Of a stretch of 23,688 nt of DNA, positions 15,146 through 22,665 are shown one piece after another (within the stretch, counting starts at the first letter, position 1; each line of letters opens with the position of its first letter). The position numbers were made by a program, and so were the translations under genes. Under the pieces are notes generated by a model. It was given only the letters and a program-made list of their open reading frames with translations. It was not told where the DNA came from and made no database searches. Source of the DNA: an uncultured Salinarchaeum sp. (GTDB taxonomy: Archaea > Halobacteriota > Halobacteria > Halobacteriales > Salinarchaeaceae); contig CAZFMU010000007.1 of NCBI GenBank assembly GCA_964520165.1, positions 1 to 23,688 on the forward strand, given 5' to 3'.

Positions 15146-17353
15146 GTGACCAGGTGGTCGCGTCGGGCAATACTCGGCGGCATTATCGGTGGGACCGGCG
15201 GAGCGATGGGGCTGACCGAACGAGCCCGGGCCCAGTCCGGCCGTCGCAAGTGGCCCTCATTTGCGTGTGACACGCAGAACACGGGGGCAACCCCTGCACG
15301 GCCGCCAGAAACCTCGCCAGCAATAGAGTGGACAGCTGAGGTGAACGGTGCCGTGCTGTCGACAGCGGCGATAGCCGACGAACGGGTGATTGTTGGCGAC
15401 GAAACAGGTGTCCTTCACGCCCTTAACGCGTTGTCGGGAGAGCGGCTGTGGACGTTTGACACCGCAGATCGCATTAGGTCGACACCCACGGTTCGAAACG
15501 GAACAGTTGTCGTTGGGAGCGATGACGGAACGCTCTATGGACTCTCGACGACCGGCGAGCACTACTGGGAGTTCGAAACAGAGGGTCCGATTGTTGCGTC
15601 ACCGGCCCTCGTAGACGGCACTGTTTATGCCGGCAGCTACGATGGAACAGTATATGCTATTGACGTGACCAACGGTGATCCAGTGTGGATGACGGAGACG
15701 GGGGGGCTGATTGCATCGTCCGCAGCGGTGGCCGACGATACAGTGTATCTCGGCAGTAGCGACCAGCAGATGTATGCGCTCGACGCAGCGACGGGAGAGT
15801 CCGTGTGGCAAACCGAGGTGGAGGCTGAGATCGCCGCGTCGCCAGCAGTCAGCGGCGGAACCGTATTTATCAATACCGGGAGCGGGGAAACATATGCATT
15901 CGATGCTCGTTCCGGAAACCAACGGTGGTCCTTCGAGATGGACGGGATGGCCGGCACCTCGCCCGCAGTAATGGACGGGACAGTGTACCTGAGTGAAGGG
16001 CTAACCGGCACACGGGTTCATGCGGTGAGCGTGACGACAGGAACGCATAGGTGGACGGTTAATACCGAAGCGGCGGTTCAGGGCTCGCCGGCGGTCGGAG
16101 GCAAAACTATGTACATTGGTACCGGTGATGGACAGCTGTATGCCATTGGCACGTCCAATGGACAGGTGCGATGGACGATCAATCTTGATGGCCCCATTCA
16201 AGCCGGTCCAGCACTCGTTAATGGTGGGGTCATCGTTGGGACGACGGATGCAACCGTGTACGCCCTGGGAAACGAACAGTTCATGAGTGTCCCGGGCGGC
16301 CCGGGGCTCCCGGGAGGCGTCGGTGCACTGATAACCGCGGGACTCGGTGTCGGCGGCGGGACTTGGTGGTGGTGGCGTCAACGGGGTCGCTCATCTTCCA
16401 CCGACACTTCCAAGCAGTCCCAATCCGATTCTGCGGGGTCGTCAACCACAAGCGGTTCTGAGGCGGCTGCCGATATTACGCCGACCGAGATTCCCGACGA
16501 AATGACAGATCACCCGAAGATTCCTGAGACCGTGCCAGCACCAGCGAAGCGCTCGCTTGAGTATCGCTCGTTCCAGACGAAGACGCAGATCGGGAGTGGT
16601 GGCAATGCTGATGTCTATCGTACGACAACAGCTGACGGAGCCGAACTTGCAGTCAAAGAACCACATGTTACGGGAACGATCCACACAGAGACCGTCGAAC
16701 AGCTCCTCGAAGAGGCCGAGACGTGGGGTCAACTTGATGACCACGACCACATCGTGAAGATAGTCGACTACGGTAGCGATCCAGTACCCTGGATCGCCAT
16801 GGAGTATATGGACGGAGGGACGCTTACGCAACGAGCAGGCAATATGGGCGACCGGCAGGCACTCTGGACAGCAATCGCCGTCACAAAAGCGGTACGACAC
16901 GCCCACCGTCGTGGGGTTGCGCATCTTGATCTCAAGCCAGCGAACATCCTCTTTCGATCAGTCAAGGACAGATGGGACGTTCCCAAGGTCGCCGACTGGG
17001 GCCTTTCGAAGCACCTCTTAGAGCACTCACATAGCATCGAGGGACTCTCGCCACAGTACGCCGCCCCAGAGCAGTTTGATCAGGATCGAGGAGTCGCCGA
17101 TAACGTGACCGATATCTACCAGTTGGGAGCCGTTCTGTACGAACTATTCACTGGGCGACCACCGTTCGAGGGGCGACCGACCGAGATCATGCAGTCAGTA
17201 CTTGCCACCGAACCGCAACCACCGAGTTCTCTCGTAGAAGGGGATCTTCCACCGGCACTCGATGATATCCTTATGAAGGCCCTGGCGACCAGTAAAGGAG
17301 ATCGGTACGACGATATTGTCTACCTCAGAGACGATCTGCGGGATCTGTATTAG
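15146..17353 (+). CDS. Receptor-like Hanks-type Ser/Thr protein kinase: Tat signal, 8-blade PQQ-like beta-propeller ectodomain, single TM, cytoplasmic kinase domain (catalytically intact)
   Basis: GTG start. The N-terminus MTRWSRRAILGG is a twin-arginine motif. Eight repeats of the form V(Y/V)xGSxDGxxYAxDxxxGxxxW are present. A TM helix (GALITAGLGVGGGTWWWW) is followed by an S/T-rich juxtamembrane linker. Kinase motifs: Gly loop GSGGNADVY, the conserved Lys in ELAVKEP, helix-C Glu (EEAETW), catalytic loop HLDLKPANIL, DWG in place of DFG, and APE (YAAPEQ). Confidence 0.9.
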   Translation: MTRWSRRAILGGIIGGTGGAMGLTERARAQSGRRKWPSFACDTQNTGATPARPPETSPAIEWTAEVNGAVLSTAAIADERVIVGDETGVLHALNALSGERLWTFDTADRIRSTPTVRNGTVVVGSDDGTLYGLSTTGEHYWEFETEGPIVASPALVDGTVYAGSYDGTVYAIDVTNGDPVWMTETGGLIASSAAVADDTVYLGSSDQQMYALDAATGESVWQTEVEAEIAASPAVSGGTVFINTGSGETYAFDARSGNQRWSFEMDGMAGTSPAVMDGTVYLSEGLTGTRVHAVSVTTGTHRWTVNTEAAVQGSPAVGGKTMYIGTGDGQLYAIGTSNGQVRWTINLDGPIQAGPALVNGGVIVGTTDATVYALGNEQFMSVPGGPGLPGGVGALITAGLGVGGGTWWWWRQRGRSSSTDTSKQSQSDSAGSSTTSGSEAAADITPTEIPDEMTDHPKIPETVPAPAKRSLEYRSFQTKTQIGSGGNADVYRTTTADGAELAVKEPHVTGTIHTETVEQLLEEAETWGQLDDHDHIVKIVDYGSDPVPWIAMEYMDGGTLTQRAGNMGDRQALWTAIAVTKAVRHAHRRGVAHLDLKPANILFRSVKDRWDVPKVADWGLSKHLLEHSHSIEGLSPQYAAPEQFDQDRGVADNVTDIYQLGAVLYELFTGRPPFEGRPTEIMQSVLATEPQPPSSLVEGDLPPALDDILMKALATSKGDRYDDIVYLRDDLRDLY

Positions 17354-17418
17354 CCATGAGCGGGATGGTGCTGTACTCGGATCGCCCGCTGAACTATCGG
17401 CCGCGGTGGTGGAGATAA

Positions 17419-19614
17419 ATGCAGCTTGATCGCAGTCGTTCACTATCGCGACGAGGGGTCCTCAAAACAGCAGGGGTAGGGGTCACCGCTGCTGCTGTTT
17501 CCACATCGAGTACAGCGGAGTCGCAGTCGTCCTGGTCAACATTCGGTTACGATCCTCAAAATACTGGATATTCCAAGGAGGCAACCGAAGTACACAACCC
17601 CAAGGTGGCGTGGCGATTCGAAACACAACAGAGTGTCAATTCGTCACCGGCCGTGTACGAGGACACGGTTTATACTGGTAGTGGTGATGGACGGGTCTAC
17701 GCAATCGATGCTACGACCGGAGCGAAACGGTGGGACTATCGAACAGCCGGCGGCGTCAGTTCGTCACCGACCATCACCGCTGATACCGTTTATGTCGGGA
17801 GTTCAGACGCCACGGTCTATGCACTCAGTCGGACAGACGGGAGTGAACGCTGGCGGTATCGTACTGGAGCCGGAGTCTTCTCATCACCGACAGTAGTGGA
17901 CGATACCTTGGTTGTTGGGAGTCTTGATGGCGCCGTGTACGCGCTTGATACGGCAAACGGTGAAGTCCGTTGGACCCACGAGACCAACGGTGAGGTGTGG
18001 GCAACACCCGCCGTCGCCGACGGGGTTGTATTCGTCGGCAGCCGGGACCGACAACTATACGCCCTCGCGGTTGACTCGGGGACCAAACAGTGGGACCGAA
18101 CGACCGGGGGTCCGATCGATTCACCGCCGGCGATACGCGGTGATACCGTCTATGTCGGAAGCCTCGATGGCAGCGTATACGCCTTCACTCTTGATGGTCG
18201 GCAACGGTGGACGGCCGAAACAGACGGCAAGTTCGCGTCATCCCCAGCGGTAACAACCGACTCAGTGTACATCGGAAATCGCAACGGCAAGGTGTACGCA
18301 TTCACTGCGGGCGATGGCACCCGGCGGTGGACAGTCGAAACCGGCGGGCGGGTTTTCTCGTCCCCAGCAGTCACCACGGGACGTGTCTATGTGGGAAGCG
18401 GCGATGGAAGGATCTACGCGATTAACGCGACCACCGGGCGCACCAGATGGGATGTCGCAACCGGGGACGGGATCTTTTCCTCTCCGGCCATCGCCGATGC
18501 AACACTGTACATCGGGAGCACCGACGGAAACCTCTACGCAATTGCCGATGCAGCGACTCCATCATCACTCCCTGGCCCTCTCACGCAGCAGGAGTTAGCG
18601 CTCGCGCTCTTGGGTGGAGCCAGCATTGGCGTAGGAGGACTCTGGTGGTTCCGGCGCCGCAGAGGGGGGACCTCCGATGGCCCGGACGCTTCCTCGCCAT
18701 CGAACGGAACGCCACGAGCGACCGCCGCGAATCTGCCGGATCTAGACCCAGCGCCGGCTATCGAGGCAGCGACCTACAATCGGTTCACCGACCGCGAACG
18801 AACGGGGACGCAGGCCGGTATGCACGTCTACCGGGCGACGATCCGAGCGGATGGAGAGTACCGGACCGCGATTCTCCGAGAACCAGCGGTAACCGATACG
18901 CTTGAACTCCGGTCTGTCGGCGCGTTCAGCGAGCGTGTCGAGACGTGGGCGAAACTCGATGATCACAACCACATCGTCTCGGTATACGGTTACGGGCAAG
19001 ATCCCATCCCCTGGGTCGCCCATGAAGCCGTCGACGGGCCGTCACTCAACGCCGTCGTCGGGACAGTTGGCATCCCGCAGGCCGTGTGGATTGCCCTCGG
19101 CGTGACAAAGGCCGTCCGTCACGCACACCAGCGAGGAGTCTACCACGGAGCCTTGCAGCCGGCAGTATGTCAGCTTCGACAAACAGAAGACGCGTGGCCT
19201 GTTCCAAAGATTGCTGGGTGGGAACGCGATCAAAATCCATTCGACAACCGAGCAATCGCCGACCGTCCAATACTGCCGTATGCCGCCCCAGAGCAGCTCC
19301 GGGGGAGCAGATCACCCGACGACGTGACCGATGTGTACCAGCTCGGAGCCGTCTTATACGAACTCTTTACCGGACAACCACCTTTTGAAGGATCCTCACA
19401 AGAAATTAAAGAGGCAATCAAACATGAGTCTCCGACATCGCCGGACGAGGTTGCCGAGTCGGTGCCACCGGCGATCGCGGACCCCCTCCAGACCTGTCTC
19501 GCAAAACGACCAGCCGATCGGTATGACTCAACCGTGTACCTCCGCGATACCCTCAGTGATCTGCTCAAAAACTATCTCGATGTAGGAGACAATACTGTCG
19601 TGCTGGAAAACTAA
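17419..19614 (+). CDS. Receptor-like pseudokinase: Tat signal, 8-blade PQQ-like beta-propeller, single TM, degenerate kinase-like domain
   Basis: ATG verified at 17419. Tat motif SRRGVLK. Same architecture as 15146..17353. The kinase domain has lost the Gly loop (GTQAGMHVY), the conserved Lys (AILREP), the catalytic Asp/Lys/Asn (HGALQPAVCQL in place of HLDLKPANILF) and the Mg-binding Asp (AGWE in place of ADWG). The overall fold markers are kept: DDHNHIV, DPIPWVA, APEQ and DVYQLGAVLYELFTGQPPFEG. Confidence 0.9.
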   Translation: MQLDRSRSLSRRGVLKTAGVGVTAAAVSTSSTAESQSSWSTFGYDPQNTGYSKEATEVHNPKVAWRFETQQSVNSSPAVYEDTVYTGSGDGRVYAIDATTGAKRWDYRTAGGVSSSPTITADTVYVGSSDATVYALSRTDGSERWRYRTGAGVFSSPTVVDDTLVVGSLDGAVYALDTANGEVRWTHETNGEVWATPAVADGVVFVGSRDRQLYALAVDSGTKQWDRTTGGPIDSPPAIRGDTVYVGSLDGSVYAFTLDGRQRWTAETDGKFASSPAVTTDSVYIGNRNGKVYAFTAGDGTRRWTVETGGRVFSSPAVTTGRVYVGSGDGRIYAINATTGRTRWDVATGDGIFSSPAIADATLYIGSTDGNLYAIADAATPSSLPGPLTQQELALALLGGASIGVGGLWWFRRRRGGTSDGPDASSPSNGTPRATAANLPDLDPAPAIEAATYNRFTDRERTGTQAGMHVYRATIRADGEYRTAILREPAVTDTLELRSVGAFSERVETWAKLDDHNHIVSVYGYGQDPIPWVAHEAVDGPSLNAVVGTVGIPQAVWIALGVTKAVRHAHQRGVYHGALQPAVCQLRQTEDAWPVPKIAGWERDQNPFDNRAIADRPILPYAAPEQLRGSRSPDDVTDVYQLGAVLYELFTGQPPFEGSSQEIKEAIKHESPTSPDEVAESVPPAIADPLQTCLAKRPADRYDSTVYLRDTLSDLLKNYLDVGDNTVVLEN

Positions 19615-19644
19615 TTTATAGATCGGTTGAACAGTAGACGTTGT

Positions 19645-20229
19645 ATGGGGACCGGTCAATCATGGGGAGCAGACGGTGCGATATTCGCCGTTGCGACGAT
19701 TATTCTTGTTGGGACATCGGTACTCGCGATGCCCGCACTCGCACAGCAGGATGCAGCGGATGTTGCTGGCGATCTCTCATGTGTCGACGAGAGCCACACG
19801 GAAATGGCAGATCGAATCAGTTCACTCGCAGATCGTGGGACCGAGGAGTTGCCGGCCTCGCTCCAGAGTCGAATCGCTGGCGAGCGCATTGAGATCACGA
19901 TCGGAGACTCGACAAAGTTCACCGCACGCGTTGATCCCAGAGCGAACGTTCAAGAGGTGAGTACTGGCAGTCCAACCAACCCAACACTACTGATTTCGAC
20001 CGATTGTGAAACCATCGACCGAATCGCCCAATCGGCGACACCACAACGCGAACTTGAGGGAAGTGTCAGTAACGGTGCAATCGACATCCACAGCCCGAGT
20101 CCACAGCGCGATGCTGCGGTCTCGTATGGAAGTAAAGCCGTCCAGACGTACCACATCGCAAGCGAGGGAGACACTGGGACGGCCGGTGACGCTGCCGATG
20201 GGTTCAGAAATGGTCTCGTGATGTACTAA
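19645..20229 (+). CDS. Secreted or membrane-anchored hypothetical protein (signal-peptide-like N-terminus; about 195 aa)
   Basis: The track start at 19627 is TTG. The first ATG at 19645 gives MGTGQSWGADGAIFAVATIILVGTSVLAMPALAQQ, which has a hydrophobic core and an AxA-like site. Acidic mature part with 2 Cys. It is GC-rich like the flanking kinase genes, and the next gene starts 2 nt after its stop. Confidence 0.6.
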   Translation: MGTGQSWGADGAIFAVATIILVGTSVLAMPALAQQDAADVAGDLSCVDESHTEMADRISSLADRGTEELPASLQSRIAGERIEITIGDSTKFTARVDPRANVQEVSTGSPTNPTLLISTDCETIDRIAQSATPQRELEGSVSNGAIDIHSPSPQRDAAVSYGSKAVQTYHIASEGDTGTAGDAADGFRNGLVMY

Positions 20230-20230
20230 T

Positions 20231-20803
20231 ATGAGCGCACCGACTACAATGCAGTCCGTTGCAGACCAGTGGGGTATCACCCGGTATCACCTCGGCTTCG
20301 CCGGAGCACTCGGAATCGGTGCAGGGATTCTTCCCCCTGAGGGGGCCGTGACGATTCTCGGTTGGGCCGGCGGGTTCCTCGGCGCGATAACGGGGGCATT
20401 CCTGCTGACCGGGATCGGCGTTGTTGCACTCCGGTCAGCCGACGAGTGGCATCCCCGAGAGCATCTGACCAAAGAGGCGCCGGATACCGGCTTTAAACAA
20501 GCCGTATTCCTAACTATGAGCGGACAGCTATTTGTGCTCGGCACGGCCCTAACAGCCGGGGTACTAATGCGTACAATCGTGGTTCTTGTGGCCCCGTTCA
20601 ATCTGCTCATCTCCGGAGCGGTATTCCGCGATTACGGGCGCCTTGAGGACAATGAGGTTCGGTTCGATCGGTCACGGCCGCAGTATGCGGTATTGGCCCT
20701 CCTGCTTGGAACCGCTGGGGGGCTTTATTACTGGTACCGCCGTGGACGGGCCCGCGGTAATCTTCCGACGGAAGACGACGAGATTGACGAAGAAGCCTCC
20801 TGA
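20231..20803 (+). CDS. Integral membrane protein (about 4 TM, 190 aa), hypothetical
   Basis: ATG verified at 20231. Hydrophobic segments lie at about residues 19-40, 42-66, 91-113 and 115-135 and again after residue 150. The C-terminal tail is acidic. Confidence 0.7.
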   Translation: MSAPTTMQSVADQWGITRYHLGFAGALGIGAGILPPEGAVTILGWAGGFLGAITGAFLLTGIGVVALRSADEWHPREHLTKEAPDTGFKQAVFLTMSGQLFVLGTALTAGVLMRTIVVLVAPFNLLISGAVFRDYGRLEDNEVRFDRSRPQYAVLALLLGTAGGLYYWYRRGRARGNLPTEDDEIDEEAS

Positions 20804-20816
20804 CGGCCGGCGGTTG

Positions 20817-20825
20817 GATTTTTAT
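20817..20825 (+). terminator. Oligo-T tract (ggatttttatc) 16 nt after the stop at 20803, preceded by GC-rich cggccggcgg; archaeal-type terminator candidate for the kinase operon
   Basis: Archaeal termination commonly occurs at runs of five or more T. This is the only such run near the end of the 15146..20803 co-directional gene block. Confidence 0.3.
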
Positions 20826-20926
20826 CGTTATATAATCATACATTCGCGTCTGGAGTGAACAGCTACAAATTCCGACACACGTCGGTGAGAAGCCGCACAA
20901 TGACGCTATACTCTCAGCGAACGTAA

Positions 20927-20934
20927 TTTTATAA
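20927..20934 (+). promoter_or_regulatory. TATA box (ttttataa) centred about 28 nt upstream of the ATG at 20959, suggesting a leaderless transcript
   Basis: The position fits an archaeal BRE/TATA at -26 to -30. AT-rich spacer. Confidence 0.4.
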
Positions 20935-20958
20935 CGTCACGATCCGTGATATTCAGAT

Positions 20959-22476
20959 ATGGCGACAGAGGATGCTGGGGACAGGCGCATTCCATCGATT
21001 GCAGATTCAGTTCCAAATCGGATTGAGGCAGCGTTCGACGATTTTACCGAGGTTGATAAGCTTGGGTCTGGCGGGAATGCAGATGTAACAAAAGTTGAGT
21101 TCGATGGCCGGGGGCCCGACACGGTGGCGATCAAACAGCCACGAATGCAGGGCACACTTGATCAGGAGTCGATCAAACAGTTCGTCGATGAAGCAGAGAC
21201 TTGGAACAAGATTGATGATCACAACCACATTGTCGGCGTCCTTGACTGGAATTCTGAACCGCTGCCGTGGATCGCGCTTGAGTATATGGACGGCGGCGAC
21301 CTGAACACCCGAATCGGCGATCTCTCGATTGCCGAAGCTCTCTGGATCGGAGTGGGGACGGCCAAGGCCGTACGACACGCACACCGACGGGGTGTGGCAC
21401 ATCTCGATCTCAAGCCAGAGAATATTCTCTTTCAGACAACCGAGGCGGACACCTGGGACATCCCCAAGGTGACTGACTGGGGGCTCGCCAAGATGCTCTT
21501 AGATCACTCGAAAAGTGTTGAGGGACTCTCACCGGAATATGCGGCTCCGGAACAGTTTGATGCCGATAGTTACGGAGCCCCAGACGACATGACTGATATT
21601 TACGCGATCGGAGCAGTTGTCTACGCGTCACTGACCGGCAACCCACCGTTTGTTGGGGCCTCCTCGGCGGTCATGCAGGGTGTGCTCACCGAAGCTCCTG
21701 ACCCTCCAAGTGAGACCGTTGATGACCTGCCCGACGGTACCGATGCAGTTATCCTGAAGGCGCTTGCCAAGAACAAGGACGCACGGTACGAGTCGGTGCT
21801 TGACCTCCGTCGGGATCTTGAGACATTGCTTGAACGTGAGTTGGGGACCGCAGATGACGAGGCTGAACTTATCGCTGAGGCAGGCCGATCCGCGAATATC
21901 ACCGACACGACGATCGCGGAGTCTGCCCCAGCCGGTGCCAAGACCGAAACTGAGCATCCGTCAATCACCCTCAGTGACCGTACATACGAGTTTGTGCCGC
22001 CAGGGAGTGCACCGAACGACGCCCTTCGGAATCTTTCGTATCTGAGCCTCGGCATCGGAAGCGCGACAATTATTATTGCGCTATTCAATATCCCGGGCCT
22101 GGTTGGAATCAGCGCGATAGGACCACTGTTAGGAGGAGCGTTCCTGATTCATGGGGCGTCCCAGGCACGAGCGACGGTTCGATCATATTGGGGTGGAATG
22201 AGCCTCTACGGCCTTGCTTTTTTAATTTCGCTCTCGGTTGGTAGTGTACTCGTCATCAGTCTCGTCCTTCTCGGGATATACTGGGCCACACAGGGTGGCG
22301 AGTCGATTGATCACCCGGGATGGGTACCGGACGGACTGCAGACAGTTGCCAATGGAGAACTTGAACTTCCAAGCCCAATTAGCAAGGTGATCAATACGTA
22401 TCGGCGTGATACGACAGACACTACCGATACAGCTGAGCAGTCTGGACCCAGCGAAGGTGAGACACACACGGACTAA
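20959..22476 (+). CDS. Hanks-type Ser/Thr protein kinase (catalytically intact) with a C-terminal multi-TM membrane anchor
   Basis: ATG verified. Motifs: GSGGNADV, VAIKQP, EAETW, HLDLKPENILF, DWG and APEQ, so all catalytic residues are present. An acidic linker is followed by hydrophobic segments (LSYLSLGIGSATIIIALFNIPGLVGISAIGPLLGGAFLIHGA and MSLYGLAFLISLSVGSVLVISLVLLGIYWA) and an acidic T/D-rich tail. Confidence 0.9.
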   Translation: MATEDAGDRRIPSIADSVPNRIEAAFDDFTEVDKLGSGGNADVTKVEFDGRGPDTVAIKQPRMQGTLDQESIKQFVDEAETWNKIDDHNHIVGVLDWNSEPLPWIALEYMDGGDLNTRIGDLSIAEALWIGVGTAKAVRHAHRRGVAHLDLKPENILFQTTEADTWDIPKVTDWGLAKMLLDHSKSVEGLSPEYAAPEQFDADSYGAPDDMTDIYAIGAVVYASLTGNPPFVGASSAVMQGVLTEAPDPPSETVDDLPDGTDAVILKALAKNKDARYESVLDLRRDLETLLERELGTADDEAELIAEAGRSANITDTTIAESAPAGAKTETEHPSITLSDRTYEFVPPGSAPNDALRNLSYLSLGIGSATIIIALFNIPGLVGISAIGPLLGGAFLIHGASQARATVRSYWGGMSLYGLAFLISLSVGSVLVISLVLLGIYWATQGGESIDHPGWVPDGLQTVANGELELPSPISKVINTYRRDTTDTTDTAEQSGPSEGETHTD

Positions 22477-22665
22477 GCATTCTGAGGAGACTACGCTCAA
22501 TATCACCTGAACAAATGACGGAAGATATAATCTATATTAGCTGAAGCAACAGATTATCTCGGTTAAACTCGATATCCAATGGCAGTGTTTATTTCAGCAT
22601 AAATGCCTACACTGTTAATCAACATGAAATTCCCTACATAACTGCTAGTCACCTTTTATCGATAC

